Notes: generated by a model from the sequence alone, not told the origin. Counted from the first letter of the stretch, positions 1 to 13,570 are shown. The stretch: DNA of 64,000 nucleotides from Mustelus asterias (GCF_964213995.1 NC_135806.1:82026001-82090000), one strand, 5' to 3'. Made by a program: numbers and translations.

Positions 1-299
1 GTTGTCACAGTCTCCCTCAGCTGCTGGATATGTCTGTGCTGTGCTCACCATACTCTGCTCCTGAACTGTGACCCCTTCACTGACCTTGTGGGTGTAAGTG
101 CACTGGCAGAATTGCTCTTGAGGCAGGTGACAATGCATCCTCTGGGGCATTGGCTTCATCTTCCCCAGAAAAGAACTCTTCAAGCTCCAGGATGTTATGG
201 GGTCTTGACATTTCATGGACATGATCCATTGTGGAGAACAAACAGAGCCATATTAAAATTCATCACAGTTTTGAGTGCTTCACATTACACCACGTACAA

Positions 300-900
300 T
301 ATGGATGCCCATATGCCACCACCTCTTCCTCCTTATTCCTGGTTAGTCCAGCCTCACCATTTGTGATGGATCAATCTCCCCTTTTCCCAGTGATCTCCAT
401 CGCGTAATCTTTGTCTGCAGTGATGAGTCTGAGGTTGGCTATTCTACCTCCTGCCCATTTCCACGCCCTGCCATTATGGATTTGCTTGTCCTGCAATGAC
501 AAAGCGCAGAGCTAGTCACATCAAGTGACACCTAACCCCTTTGTCATCATGCGGCCCCACCACACATTCTGGCCTGTCAAGTGCACGTTGCATGCAACTG
601 CACACAGAAGCATAAGCTTCCGTGCACTTTGGCCTCAATTGCCATGTGGCACATGCATTCAATCCTATGGCATAGCTGCTCGCTTGCACTTACATGTTAC
701 TGATGTCCCTTTGAAAAACTCCTTGTGAAGATGTGACACCAACTTACACATGCAAATCTTCCAATTTCTTGTAAGGACCTCACCCCCTTTGACACCTCCA
801 TCCAGGCTGCCTTGGACAGGCAGGAGGACCTTCTGATACTCTGGGAGTGAAAGAACACTGAAGGATTTGTAGGATTCTTCAAATAGATGAATCTTGGACT
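300..900 (-). pseudogene. Harbinger/PIF transposon Myb/SANT-like DNA-binding protein relic (two exons)
   Basis: Minus strand reads KAAWMEVSKGV..TRNWKICMCK, then after acceptor ttgtcattgcag (boundary 490/491) DKQIHNGRAWKWAGGRIANLRLITADKDYAMEITG, resembling Harbinger Myb ORF motifs; frameshifted. Confidence 0.55.
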
Positions 901-1435
901 CTGGATAATGACTGCGACACTCCTGCAGCAATGTAGAGCCTCTATATTTGACCTGGTGGCTCTTATATCGACTGCCCATAGCTTTAGCATTGTCAGCGGA
1001 CAGCAGTTTTCACTAATGTAAAGTTTCCGTCACTGCGGAATCACACGACTGTTACGCACACTGCTGGCACTTCAAATTTTAATTAGATTTGCATGGGAAA
1101 TGGGAAAGAGCAAGAGAGCAGAAGTGGTGCACACTTCTGGGTCCATTGTCAAGTCTGCTGTCTATTTTAAGGCCCAGCCAATTGTATTTTCGATCAACTT
1201 CAATTGACTTCAGAGCCAGTTGGCAGGCAGAGATTCTGCCTCATCACATTTCTATCTCAGGATCAGAAGATAAATATAATCAAAAGAATTATGCCCATTT
1301 TGCCTCATTAAATACTTTGGCATTGTAGCCACTGTTGTAATGTAGCAGCCAATTTGAACACAGGAAGTGCCAAGAGACAGCAATGAGATAATGATCAGAA
1401 AATCTGCTTTGGTGTTTTTTTCAATTCTTTCACTA

Positions 1436-1915
1436 GGTTGATCCCAGATACAGAGGGATTTTCTTATGAGGAAAGGTTGAGTAGCGTGGCCTGTACTCAT
1501 TGGAGTTTAAAAGAATGAGAGGTGACCTTATTGAGATATATAGGATTCTCAGAAGGCTTGACAGGGTAGATGCTGAGAGGTTGTTCCCTCTTGTGGGAGA
1601 CTCTCGGACCAGAGGGCATAATCTCAAAGTAAGTGGTCACTCATTAAAGACAGAGATGGGGAGGAATTTATTTTCTCAGAGGGTAGTGAATCTTTAGAAT
1701 TTGGTGCCACAGAGGTCTGCAGAGGCCAGGTCATTAAATATGTTCAAGGCTGAGATAGACGGATTTTTGATCAGTCAGGGAACCAAGGGATACAGGAATT
1801 AGGTAGGAAAGTGGAGCTGAGGATTATCGTGTCAGAGCAGTCATAATCTCACTGAATGGTGGAGCAGACTTAATGGGCTGAATGGCCTACTTCTGCTCCT
1901 ATATCTTATGATCTT
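1436..1915 (+). mobile_element. CR1/HER1-like LINE 3' fragment
   Basis: ORF2 C-terminus EFKRMRGDLIEIYRIL..RTRGHNL..FSQRVVNL; 3' tail gggctgaatggcctacttctgctcct+(tcttatg)n. Confidence 0.9.
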
Positions 1916-1934
1916 AAGTAGGTGGCACTAGAAA

Positions 1935-2290
1935 GGCCAGAATGTGTTGCCCATCTCTAATAGTTTTTGAACTGAGTGGATTGCTAGACCAGTTCAGAGG
2001 GTAATTAAGAGTTAACTACGTTTCTGTGGGTCTGGAGTAACATGAAGACCAAGACCAGGTAAGGACGGCAGACTTCCATTTCTAAAGGGTATTAATGAAC
2101 CAGTTGGGTTTTTACAACAACTGATGATAGTTATTATGGCCACCATTACTGAGACGAGCTTTATTTTCCAGATTTTATTAATTGTATTTAAATTCCAACA
2201 GCTGCCATGGCGGGATTTGAACCTATTCCCCAGGGCATTAGCCTGGGCCTCTGGCTTATCAGTCCAGTGTCATTATCACTATGTACCATC
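1935..2290 (-). mobile_element. tRNA-derived SINE, second family (other copies ~14255-14344/15203-15245, 47280-47660, 52578-52935, 56025-56640, 63195-63520)
   Basis: Shared sequence among in-window copies (ggtctggagtcacatgtaggccagacc..ggcagatttcc..gaaccagatgggttttt); B-box-like ggttcaaatcc on the minus strand. Confidence 0.75.
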
Positions 2291-2734
2291 ACCATCCCCT
2301 CCCCTCACTGATTGTTAACAATGGCCAAGACATTAGAAAAACCTCCTTTTCTTTGAATAGCCCCGTGGGAAATTCCACATCCACCTGAGAGGACAGACAG
2401 GATCTCAGTTAACAGTCTCATCTGGCAAGCTTCAATTATGTACTCAAACCTCTGGAATAGGACATGATTCCTCAACCAATGCTACTACGGAACCAGTGCT
2501 ATGGAACACCTACATCTGGAATTAGCAAATGCCTCATACCCCTTGTGTTGAGATATCTCAGGTTCTGAGCAGGGACTGTCCTTCTCTTCTGCTGTGAACA
2601 TGGTGAGGTAAAAAGAAAGATAGAAATAGTCATGAAGATATTGAAACAGAAAGCTGTCAATGCAGTGTTCAATTGTTCTGTGTTTGATTATGTCAATCTG
2701 TTTACTATTGATGCTCACTGTATTGATTGGTTAC

Positions 2735-2840
2735 ACATTTTCCAATCCATCTGACGAAGGAGCAGCGCTCCGAAAGCTTATGGTATTTGCTACCAAACAA
2801 ACCTGTTGGACTTTAACCTGGTGTTGTGAGACTTCTTACT
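2735..2840 (+). mobile_element. Penelope-like element pLTR fragment
   Basis: accaaacaaacctgttggactttaacctggtgttgtgagacttcttact matches the 3' end of the GIY-YIG element at 14357-15190; possible TSD ttgattgg. Confidence 0.85.
2747..2783 (+). ncRNA. Minimal type-I hammerhead ribozyme motif
   Basis: ccat-CTGACGA-a-ggagc(agc)gctcc-GAAA-gc-T-T-atgg: conserved core, 5-bp stem II, stem I ccat/atgg, palindromic AGCT in place of stem III. Confidence 0.75.
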
Positions 2841-3042
2841 TGATTGGCTAAGCCTGGGTGTGGACCCGATGAAAAGTAAACAAAGCTGTCAAGCACTGGA
2901 AGCCAGTACACATCTTAAAACACTGAATAAAACCATTGACATAGAAACAAGTGTCATTTCTGCTTAGCTTTAAGATATAAAATATACAACCATCAAGAGA
3001 GATATTGGTAAATGAGAGGAGAGTGAAGAAGTATTGTTAAGA

Positions 3043-3350
3043 GTTTAAAGTTTATTTATTAGTGTCACAAGTAGGCTTACGTTAACATTGCAATGAAGTT
3101 ACTGTGAAAATCCCCTAGTCACCAAACTCCGGCTCCTGCTCGGGTACACTAAGGGAGAATTTAGCATGGCCAATGCACCTAACCAGCACGTCTTTTGGAC
3201 TGTGGCAGGAAACCAAAGCACCCAGAGGAAACCCACGCAAACACGGGGAGAACGTGCAGGCTCCGCACAGACAGTGGCCCAAGCCGGGAATCAAACCGGG
3301 TCCCTGGCGCTGTGAGGCAGCAGTGCATTAACCACTGTGCTACCGTGCCA
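3043..3350 (-). mobile_element. HE1-like V-SINE, tail type B
   Basis: tRNA-like head, central gtgggtttcctc.gggtgct domain, tail ..ttttcacagta..tgtgacactaataaataaact. Confidence 0.9.
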
Positions 3351-3734
3351 TCTTTATTCAGAATTTTTAATATCATTTTTCTTAAAGCAACAAATCTAAA
3401 TAATCCAAAGTGACCAATATATTTAATAATATTTCTCCATGGAATGATGATAGTTACATGTGGCACACTTCAAAAGTTTACAACGGAATCAAAAGCTATA
3501 TTCCACATTATTCATGACAGTAGACTTTCTGTGACCATACTGATTGACGACCATCAGATTGACCACTATACAGTCAGTGAAATAGTAACGCAGGATGGTA
3601 ACATTACTGTAAGGTTGTCAAATTGAAGAACATAGCAGCGGATAATGTGACAGCTGCTGAGGTTTATAATTAGTTGATGTGAAGCATGAACCTGATATTT
3701 AATGACACTTCGACCATTAAAAAAGATTTAGTGA

Positions 3735-4220
3735 CCATAATCCGGAACAAAATTAATTTTCGCTTGACAAAACATGAGCTAATTAATTATAACCAACATG
3801 ATATGTTAAAGGCAAGTCATGGCTGACAAATTTGATCGACTTCTTTGATGAAATGACAGAGAGGGTTGATGGAAGTAATGCAGTTGATCGCTTGCATGCA
3901 CACTTTCAAAAATTGTTTGGTAAAGTGCATATAATAGCTGGTTAGTAAAACTGAAGATCATAGGACTAAAGGGGCAGTGGCAGCATTAAATCAAAATTGG
4001 CTAAGAGACAGCAAGCAGAGTCATGGTGAATGATTGCTTTTCAGATGGTGTCCCTCAGGGGTCAGTATTCAAGCTGCTGGTCTTCTTTGATTTATATTAA
4101 TGAGCTGGACATAGGCATAGTTTCAAAATTTGCAGATGATACAAGACCTGGAAACGTGATTAATAGGGAGAAGGATACGAGCAGATTTCAGGAGAACAAA
4201 GCCAAACTAGTGAAAAGGGC
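3735..4220 (+). mobile_element. Old CR1 RT fragment
   Basis: Degenerate KGKSWLTNL, GVPQG, IYINELD, SKFADDTR motifs. Confidence 0.8.
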
Positions 4221-4597
4221 AGTCCCACGAGGCTGGTTTTACTGGAGCTCAGGCAAGATGGTGGATGGGCACAGTAAAATGCATGGCAGGCTGTGTATCA
4301 CACTCATGGCAGCACGAAAACAATAAGGTGATTAAGTCAATGACAGGAAGGTTACAAAATGTGGTGGGAAGTTCATTATGCGTAATTCCAGATTGTATTT
4401 AAATTCAATTTGATGTGATTTAATCCTGCCTTACCGATTTAATGAAGCTCACAAGTCTCTCTTTAGTAATCTGTCCAGTGAAAGTTTACCCCTTACATAT
4501 GGCTTCCTTGACTCACTGTAGGAGCCCTTTGAACTGCCATGAGCCTGAGTAACATGCACAGGATTGATCTTGTGCAAAAATTTGCTCAACTGACACT

Positions 4598-5050
4598 CAG
4601 AATCACAGAATTGCTACAGTACATAAGGAGGCCATTAGGGCCATTGCATCTGTGCTGGCTCTCTGTAGGATCAATTTATCAAGTGCCATTCCTCTGCTTT
4701 CTCCACTTAGCCCTGCACATTTTTCCTTTTCAGTTAACAATCCAATTCCCTTTTGAATACTTTGATTTAGCCTGTCTTTCACCATACTCTCAGGCAGTAC
4801 ATTCCAGATCCTAAACACCCACTGTGGATTTTATTTTCTCGTGTTGCCATTGCTTCTTTAGCCAAATGTCCTCTTGTTATCGATTCTTTCACTGATTGGA
4901 ACAGTTTTTTTCACTATCTACTCTGCCCAATTCCCTCATGATTTTGAATACCTCTACCAGACCTCCTCTCAACTTTCCCTTCTCCAAGGAAAACAGTCCC
5001 AACTTCTCCATTCTATCTATGTAACTGAAATTCCTCATCCCTGGAATCAT
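4598..5050 (-). mobile_element. Old CR1 3' fragment
   Basis: MIPGMRNFSY..KLGLFSLEKGKLRGGLVEVFKIM; IWNVLPE; CR1-type tail. Confidence 0.85.
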
Positions 5051-5755
5051 TGTCATTGTTAGGCCAGTTAGCCTAACACCGGTCATAGGGGAAATGTTAG
5101 AAGCCATTATTAAAGATGTTATGGCAGGACATAAGGAAAACTTCAAGGAAATTGGACAGAGTCAATAGGGTTTTGTGAAAGGGAAATCATGTTTAACCAA
5201 TTTATCAAAGTTCTGTGAGTGAGTCACAGATGCTTTGGATAAAGGGGAAATGTATACTTAGATTTCCAGAGGGCATTTGATAAGGTGCCATATCAAAGTT
5301 ATTGCATAAAATAAAAGCTCATGATAACACACTGGCTTGGATAGAAGATTGGCTAGCTGATAAGAAATGCGCAGTAGGTGTAAATAGATAATTTTCTGGT
5401 TGGCAGGGATTGCGATGAGTGGTTTGCAACAGGGATCAGTGCTGGGGCCTCAACTTTTTACAATTGATATAAATTTCTTAGAAGAAGGGACTGAAGGTAT
5501 AGTTGCTAAATTCACTGATGACACAAAGATAGGTAGGAAAATAAATTGTGAAGAGAACATAAGGAGGCTACAACAGGACATAGATAGGTTAAGTGAGTTG
5601 GCAAAAAATTTGGCACATGGATTACAATGTGGGCAAATGTGAAAGTATCAATTTTGGAAGAATAAAAAAGAAGCTTATTACCTAAATTATGGGAAATTTC
5701 AGAGCTCTGATGTGCAGAGGGATCTGGATGTCCTAGTGCATGAATCACAAAGAAC

Positions 5756-8225
5756 TAACAAAAAATAGACTGTATAAGTTTCTATAAGTATGTGAAGAGA
5801 AAAAGATTGGTGAGGACAAATGCAGGTCTGTTAGAGTCAGAACGAGAACTTATAATGGGGAACAAAGACGTGGCTGACCAACTAAATACGTTCTTTGGTT
5901 CTGTCTTCACAATGGAGGACACAAATGACACGCCAGAAATTTTGCGGAACACAGGGTTTAGTGAGAGGTAGGAACTGAAGGAAATCAGTGTTAGTGGGGA
6001 AATGGTGTTGGGGAAATTGATGGGATTGAAGGCTAATAAATCCTCAGGGCCTGATAATCTACATCCCAAAGCACTTAAGCAGATAACCCGAGAAATAATG
6101 GATGCATTGGTGGTCATCTTCCAAGATCCTATAGACTCTAGAATAGGTATAGATTGGAAGTTAGCTAATGTAACCCTACTATTTAAAAAGGGAGGTAGAG
6201 AATAAACGGAACTATAGACCAGTCACCCTGATGTTGGTAGCGGAGAATTCAAGAGTCCATTATAAAAGATTTAATGGCAGAATACTTGGTAAACTGAGGT
6301 AGAATTAGACAGAGTCAGCATGGATTTATGAAAGGGAAATCATGCATGAGAAATCCACTGGAATTCTTCAAGGATGTAACTTGTGGAGTTGATGAAGGGA
6401 AGTCAGTGGATGTGATTTATTTGGACTTTCAGAAAGCTTTCAACAAAGTCCCACATAAGATATTAGTGTGTAAAATTAAAGCATATGGGATTGGGGGTAA
6501 TGTAATGAGATGGATGGAAAATTGGTTGGCAGACAAGAAACAAAGAGCAAGAATAAACTGGTCTTTTTCTGACTGGCAGGCAGCGACTAGTGAAGTACCG
6601 CAGGGGTCAATGCTGGGACGTCAGCTATTCATTATATTTATTTAATGATTTAGATGAGGGAACCAAATGTAATACCTCCAAATTTGCAGATGGCACAAAG
6701 CTGGAAAGGGGTGTGGTTGAGATGTGAGGAGGATGCAGGGATGCTTCAATGTAATTTGGACAAGCTGATTGAGTGAGAAAATGCATTGAGATACATTATG
6801 ATGTGGATCAATATGAGATTATCCACTTTAGTAGCAAAAACAGGAAGGCAGATTATTATTTGAATTGAAAGAGGTGAATATGCAATGAGACCCGGGTGTC
6901 TTCGTACACCAGTCATTGAAGATAAGTATGCAGGTGCAGCAGATGTCAAAGAAGGCAAATGGTATGTTGGCCTCCATAGCGAGAAGATTCGAGTACAGGA
7001 ACAAGGATGTCTTGCTGCAGTTATACTGGGCCTTGATGAGACCACATCTGGAATATTGTGTGCAGTTTTGGGTTCCTTATTTAAGGAAGGATATTTTTGA
7101 TATAAAGGGATTGAGGAGAAAGTTTACCAGATGATTCCTGGGATGGTTGGACTGACATATGAGGAAAGGTTGAGTCAGTTAGGATTATATTCACTGGATT
7201 TCAGAAGAATATGGGGGGATCACATATAAACCTATAAGATTCTGTGAAGAAGGCCTATAGTGCGTTAGCTTTTATTAACAGGGGGTTGGAGTTTAAGAGC
7301 CGTGGGGTTATGCTGCAACTGTACAGGACCTTGGTGAGACCACATTTGGAATATTGTGTGCAGTTCTGGCCACCTCACTATAAGAAGGATGTGGAAGCGC
7401 TGGAAAGAGTGCAGAGGAGATTTACCAGGATGCTGCCTGGTTTGGAGGGTAGGTCTTATGAGGAAAGGTTGAGGGAGCTGGGGCTGTTCTCTCTGGAGCG
7501 GAGGAGGCTGAGGGGAGACTTAATAGAGGTTTATAAAATGATGAAGGGGATAGATAGAGCGAACGTTCGAAGACTATTTCCTCGGGTGGATGGAGCTATT
7601 ACAAGGGGGCATAACTATAGGGTTCGTGGTGGGAGATACAGGAAGGATATCAGAGGTAGGTTCTTTACGCAGAGAGTGGTTGGGGTGTGGAATGGACTGC
7701 CTGCAGTGATAGTGGAGTCAGACACTTTAGGAACATTTAAGCGGTTATTGGATAGGCACATGGAGCACACCAGGATGATAGGGAGTGGGATAGCTTGATC
7801 TTGGTTTCAAATAAAGCTCGGCACAACATCGTGGGCCGAAGGGCCTGTTCTGTGCTGTACTGTTCTATATTCTATGTTCTATTCTAATAGGACAGGTAGA
7901 TGCAGGAAGGATGTTCCCAATGGTGGGGAGTCCAGAAACAGGGGTCACAGTCTGAGGATATAGGGTAGACCATTTAGGACTAAGATTTCTTCATCCAGAG
8001 AGTGGTCAGTCTGTGGGATTTATTATCACAGAAAGCAGTTGAGGCCAAAACATCGTATGTTTTCAAGAAGAAGTTAGACTTAGCTCTTGGGTGAAAGGGA
8101 TCAAAGGATATGAGGGAAGGCAGGATTAGGCTATTGGGTTGAATGATCAACCATATTTATAATGAATGGCAGAGTAGGCTTGAAGGGCCGAATGGCCTAC
8201 TCCTGCTCCTATTTTCTATGTTTCT
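5756..8225 (+). mobile_element. CR1 LINE B nested in A (pieces 5756-7242, 7881-8225)
   Basis: KSSGPDNLHP, ANVTLLFKKG, YLDFQKAFNKVPH, PQGSMLG, RPHLEYCVQFW; tail ttctatgtttcta at 8215-8225. Confidence 0.9.
7243..7880 (+). mobile_element. Young 5'-truncated CR1 LINE C nested in B
   Basis: Uninterrupted 184-aa ORF2 C-terminus (7244-7798), tail gggccgaagggcctgttctgtgctgtactgttctat.., flanking attct duplication. Confidence 0.92.
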
Positions 8226-8351
8226 AAAAAGCTAGTATACAGCTACAGCAAGTAATTAGAAAAACTAATAGAATGCAATTTATTGTGAGGGGAATTGATT
8301 ATAAAAGTAGGGAGGTCGTGCTTCAGTTGCACAGGGCATTGGTGAGACCAT

Positions 8352-9600
8352 ATAGAGTCATAGAGTCATAGAGGTTTACAGCATGGAAACAGGCACTTCG
8401 GCCCAACTTGTCCACACCGCCCTTTTTTTTAAAAACCCCTAAGCTAATCCCAATTGCCCGCATTTGGCCCATATCCCTCTCTACCCATCGTACCCATGTA
8501 ACTATCTAAATGCTTTTTAAAAGATAAAATTGTACCCGCCTCTACTACTACCTCTGGCAGCTTGTTCCAGACACTCACCACCCTCTGTGTGAAAACATTT
8601 CCCCTCTGGACACTTTTGTATCTCTCCCCTCTCACCTTAAACCTATGCCCTCTAGTTTTAGACTCCCCTACCTTTGGGAAAAGATATTGACTATCTACCT
8701 TGTCTATGCCCCTCATTATTTTATCGGCCTCTATAAGGTCACCCCTCAGCCTCCTACGCTCCAGAGAAAAAAGTCCCAGTCTATTCAGCCTCTCCTTATA
8801 ACTCAATCCATCAAGTCCCGGTAGCATCCTAGTAAATCTTTTCTGCACTCTTTCTAGTTTAATAATATCCTTTCTATAATAGGGTGACCAGAATTGCACA
8901 CAGTATTCCAAGCCTTACCAATGTCTTGTACAACTTCAACAAGACGTCCCAACTCCTGTATTCAATGTTCTGACCGATGAAACCAAGCATGCCGAATGCC
9001 CTCTTCAACACTCTGTCCACTTTCAAGGAGCTATGAACATGTACCCCTAGATCTCTTTGTTCTGTAACTCTCCCCAATGCCCTACCATTAACTGAGTAAG
9101 TCCTGCCCTGGTTCAATCTACCAAAGTGCATCACCTTGCATTTGTCTAAATTAATTTCATCTGCCATTCATCAGCCCACTGGCCCAATTGATCAAGATCC
9201 CATTGCAATTGGAGATAACTTTCTTCACTGTCCACTATGCCACCAATCTTGGTGTCATCTGCAAACTTACTAACCATGCCCCCTATATTCTCATCCAAAT
9301 CATTAATATAAATGACAAATATCAGTGGACCCAGCACTGATCCCTGAGGCACACCGCTGGCCACAGGCCTCCAGTTTGAAGAACAACTCTCTACAACCAC
9401 CCTAAGAAGCCAATTTTGTGTCCATTTAGATACCTCACCTGGATCCCGTGAGATTTAACTTTATGCAACAACCTACCATGCGGTACCTTGTCAAAGGCCT
9501 TGCTAAAGTCCATGTAGACAACATCAACTGCACTGCCCTCATCTACCTTCTTGGTTACCCCTTCAAAAAACTCAATTAAATTTGTGAGACATGATTTTCC
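8352..9600 (-). mobile_element. CR1 LINE D nested in A, antisense
   Basis: SGVPQGSVLGPLIFVIYINDLD..SKFADDTK; EYCVQFWSPY..RLRGDLIE; tail (ctctatga)n. Confidence 0.93.
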
Positions 9601-10118
9601 ATGATATTTGGAGTATTGTGTACAGTATTGGTTGCCTTATTTAAGAAAAGATGTAAAAGCATTTGAAGCCGTTCAGAGAAGGTTCACTGGATTAATACCA
9701 GGAATGGGCAGGTTGCTTTATGAGGAAAGATTGGAGAAGTTAGATTAATAAGCACTTGAGTTTAACAGGCAGCATGATTGAAACTTTAAGATCGTGAACA
9801 GTATTGATAGGCTGTATGTGGAGAGGATGTTTCCTCTTGTCAGAGAATCTAGAACTGGGGGTCACTGTTTAAAAATAAGAGGCCATTCATTTAAGATGGA
9901 GATGAGGAGAAATCTTTTCTCTCAGAGGGTCGAGAGTGCCTGGAACTCTCTTCCTCAAAAGGCAGTGGAAGCAGTGCCTTTGAATACTTTTAAGGCAGTG
10001 CTAGGTAGATTCTTCATTAACAAGAAGCGAAAGATTATTGTGGGGTCGAGTTTACAATCAGATGTCAAGGTCTTGTTGAATGGTGGAGCAAACTCAAGGG
10101 GCTGATTGGCCTACTCCT

Positions 10119-10410
10119 GGGCAGCAGGGTGGCACAGTGGTTGGCACTCACAGCATCAGGGACCTGGGTTCGATTCCCGGCTTGGGTCACTGTCTGTGCG
10201 GAGTCTGCACGTTCTCTCGTGCCTGCGTGGGTTTCCTCCGAGTGTTCCGGTTTCCTCCCACAGTCTGAAAGATGTGCAGGTTAGGTGCATTGGCCGTGCT
10301 AAATTCTCCCTCAATGTACTTGAACAGGCGCCAGAGGATTCTCACAGTAACTTCATTGCAGTGTTAATGTAAGCCTACTTGTGACACTAATAAAAAAAAT
10401 TAAGCTTAAA
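10119..10410 (+). mobile_element. HE1-like V-SINE, tail type B, inserted in CR1 A tail
   Basis: SINE head, core and tail; flanking actcctg duplication. Confidence 0.9.
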
Positions 10411-10847
10411 ACTCCTGCTCCTAATTCTTATGTTTGTATGTATGTTCACATGTATAATCTTTCCTGCACTCTCTCCAATACCTTTATATCCTTCCTACAC
10501 TGTGGTGTACAGAACTGGATGCAATACTCCAGTTGAAGCCGGATAAATTTAACATAACCTCCTTGCTTTTGTAATCTCTGTCCCTATTAATAAAGCCTAG
10601 GATGAAGGACAAGAGACTTCAGTTACGTACAGAGACGAGAGAAGGCTAGATTTTTCTCTTTAAACCAGAGAAAATTAAGGTGAAATTTAATAGAGGTGTT
10701 GAAAAATATGAGGGTGTGTTGATTGAGTGAACTGTTTCCAATGGTGGAAGAGTTGATAGTCAGAGGACACAGATGTAAGATAATTATTAAAATAACTGGA
10801 GGGGAGATGAGGAGAAGTTGTTGTTATGATCTATAATGTAGTGTCTT

Positions 10848-11920
10848 ACTTGTTCGCCCTTCGAGCCGAAGATGAGCACATTCATCATCAAGGTGCTTGG
10901 TAGGTTTCGATTGGGAATGTGAGTGACTGCTAAGGTTGATTTGCATCCAGAAGGTTCTGCTGTAAATAGCACAGGATATTGCAGATAATTGAGTTTTGGA
11001 CAAGCTGCTGGCTAAGGATTTCCTGTCCTTGCATTTTCTATCTGCCTTTGATATACACTTGCTCAAGAAGGAGGCCTCACCATTTTAAAATTTGGTTGTG
11101 CCAGGTGTTGCAATCCTGGATGAACTTCTCCTAGGGCTTTCAAAACTCCTAAAGTGAAGACTTTGGAGTGTCCTTGTAGCTCTTCCCTGGATTGCCATGA
11201 CACCACAACCCAAATTCAAGCTCTCCATCAGAGAGTCACTTCGGTAAGCGAGTTTAGTTATGAGACAACTCATAGAATAGAATCCCTTCAGTGCAGAAGG
11301 AGGCCATTCGGCCCATCGAGTCTGCACCGGCTCTCCGACAGAGCATCTTACCCAGGCCCCCCCCCACCCTATCCTCACAACCCCACGTATTTACCCTGCT
11401 CATCCCTTGAACCTACACATGAAGAGACATGTTAGCATGGCCAGTCCACCTAACCTGCACATCTTTGGAGTGCAACTCAGTTTGACTATCTCAATATGAC
11501 ACACCAACTTGGGTGATCACCTCAGTGCCTGGTGTTTTGCCCTTCCATCTGATCTCCAAGAGCTTTGGAAGCACCTCAAGTGAAAGTGATTGAGTTCTTG
11601 GACGGGATTTTCCGGTTTTGGGGCGAGCGGGCCGGAAAATCCCACCTTCAGTTTGGTCGGCAGAATTACTCCTTTTCCTTCTCAGACTGCACTTCAAAGC
11701 CTGCCAAGCTGGACTTGCTTTGGCAATTCTTGCAAGTGTCTCATCATCAATATCGACAGCTCAAGAAAGAGTTCTGCCGAGTTAAATGAACTTATCCATT
11801 GCTAACAGGTTCTGGTCATGGACTGAAACCTGGGGCTCCATTTAGAGCTTTCCTGAAGCAGGTTGGTACATTGCTTCCATGTGCTGATCCATAAGGCTGA
11901 CATTGTCACATGAATTGGAG
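10848..11920 (-). mobile_element. Old RTE-clade LINE 3' relic
   Basis: Minus strand: DKFI*LGRTLS*AVDIDDETLARIAKAS..TKLK; LNHFHLRC; KLLEIRWKGKTPGTEV; degenerate C2H2 SRTFWMQINLSSH; tail cttcggctcgaagggcgaacaa. Confidence 0.75.
11270..11470 (-). mobile_element. HE1-like SINE 3' half, tail type A (CR1-type)
   Basis: catagaatagaatccc..gcagaaggaggccattcggcccatcgagtctgcacc. Confidence 0.85.
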
Positions 11921-12879
11921 AACAACTCTATGATACATACATAAGTCTGGTGGAAACAGATACAATAGTAACTTGAAAGTGGAATTGAATACTTGAAACT
12001 AAAATATTTGCAAGGCTTTGGAGAAAGAGTAAAGAAGTGGCCTGATTGGATAACTCTTTCAAAAAGCCAAGACAGGCACAAATGGCCTCATCCTGTACTA
12101 GATTCTATGTTTTAAGATCATTGAATTTAGAGCATGTTCCTCCAAACAACTAACCTTGATGGAGAAGCATTCTTAGTCTTTACATGTGGCTGTTCCAAGG
12201 AGAGTAACAGATTATGCCTATGATTCTTGGTGACAGCTTATATCCTGCGTGTATAATAACAGTAGATAGTCAAAGCACTCCCATCTGCTGCAGTGAATTT
12301 TTAAAGGCCAAACTACTGAGAACTGTTTTAAATCAGTTTAGTACCTCAATAACGTCACACATTAGTTTTTATTTAAAAGTTGTTAAGGTGCAGTACATAC
12401 AGAATGTTAAAAGTCAAAATTGTCAGCAAGTCCCTATCTCATTAAACATTTTCTTATACCTACATGACTCCATCAGTAAGGAATTATTTTTCTATATAAC
12501 AATAGCAAATCAGATTGCCACAAGATGAAACAAAAATAAACAGATTTTTGCACGTAGCATTGTAATGCAATATTAGTTCTACAACAGCTAGAGGGGATCC
12601 AGGAATGACACAATGAATATGAAAAATAATAATTGATTGACATGATCTTTTAACTGACAAATGGCAAAGTCAAAATTGGAGAGTGAAAGAACTTGAATTG
12701 ACTAAAGTCAGTGTAATTGTAAATGTCTTTAATGGTGGACTCAGTCTTGAGTCCAAAATATGCACCGTATCCTTAGAATAGGATGTTGTTCTGGTCATTT
12801 AGTCCAGCGTGGTCAAAACTATCACTTTAGGCCAGAGAGATGCACAAAGCGATGTAGGCATTGAAATTCCTGGGATCAC

Positions 12880-13570
12880 GCGACTGGGGGGGAGGTGTTG
12901 CCGGGTTGGAGCGTGTGGCGGGGTCGGGTCAGGGGAGTGGAGTAAGTATGGGTCAGCAGTTGTTGGGTCAGCAGTGAGGTTGGTTAGAAGTCAAGTCAGG
13001 TGGGGGAGGTATCTATTGGGTCAGGAGGTGGGATGCGGGAAAATTAGGCCAGGTTGGGTCAGAGGCATCAGGGAGCGGAATGGGTTGGGGGTAGGTTGGG
13101 TTGGGTTGGGGAGGAGATGGAGGGTCAGGTGAAGGGTGGAATTGTGTCAAGATGGGGGAAGGTTGCGTGGTCTGGTCAGGGCTGTCTGGTCAGGGTTGGG
13201 GTGTCAGGTCGAATGGGCGATGTGTTGTGTTGGGAGAGTGGGACTGGGGGAAGCATTGGATCAGAACAGGGGAGACTTAGAGTCAGGCCTGTAGGTTGAG
13301 AGCGAAGTCCCATGTGGCTGGGGGTGGTGATTGTATTGTGCGGTTCTTGGTCTGGGTGTTTAAAATATTTATGCTGACTTTAGAAGTGGTTTTATTTCTT
13401 CTAACTCTGGGGTTGGATCGGGGGTGCAATTCGGGATTTAGATAGGACTTGGGAGGAGTGAGTTTGGAAGGGAGGGTCAGGTCGGTGGGGGTCGGGGGAG
13501 GGATGGTCTATTGGGCGGGGCATTTAAAGTCAGGCCCATGGGTTGTAGGGGGATTTCCCATGCAACTAGG
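12880..13570 (+). repeat. G-rich low-complexity tract
   Basis: Dense GGG runs and recurrent gggtcagg words. Confidence 0.7.

Larger units (their letters stand above)
1305..2478 (-). mobile_element. Deu-domain SINE (SacSINE1-like) split into ~1305-1420 and ~2310-2478 by younger insertions
   Basis: Reverse complement resembles the DeuSINE copy at 63540-63935 (gcagccaatttg..cagcaatg..ataatga.caga; atccacctgagagg.cagac). Confidence 0.55.
5057..10445 (+). mobile_element. CR1 LINE A (host of nested stack; pieces 5057-5755, 8226-8351, 9601-10118, 10411-10445)
   Basis: RT/C-terminal reading continues across the insertions: QGSVLGPQLF..KFTDDTK..HESQ|KASIQLQQVIRK..RALVRP|LEYCVQYW..SQRVESAWNSLP and tail. 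Confidence 0.85.
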
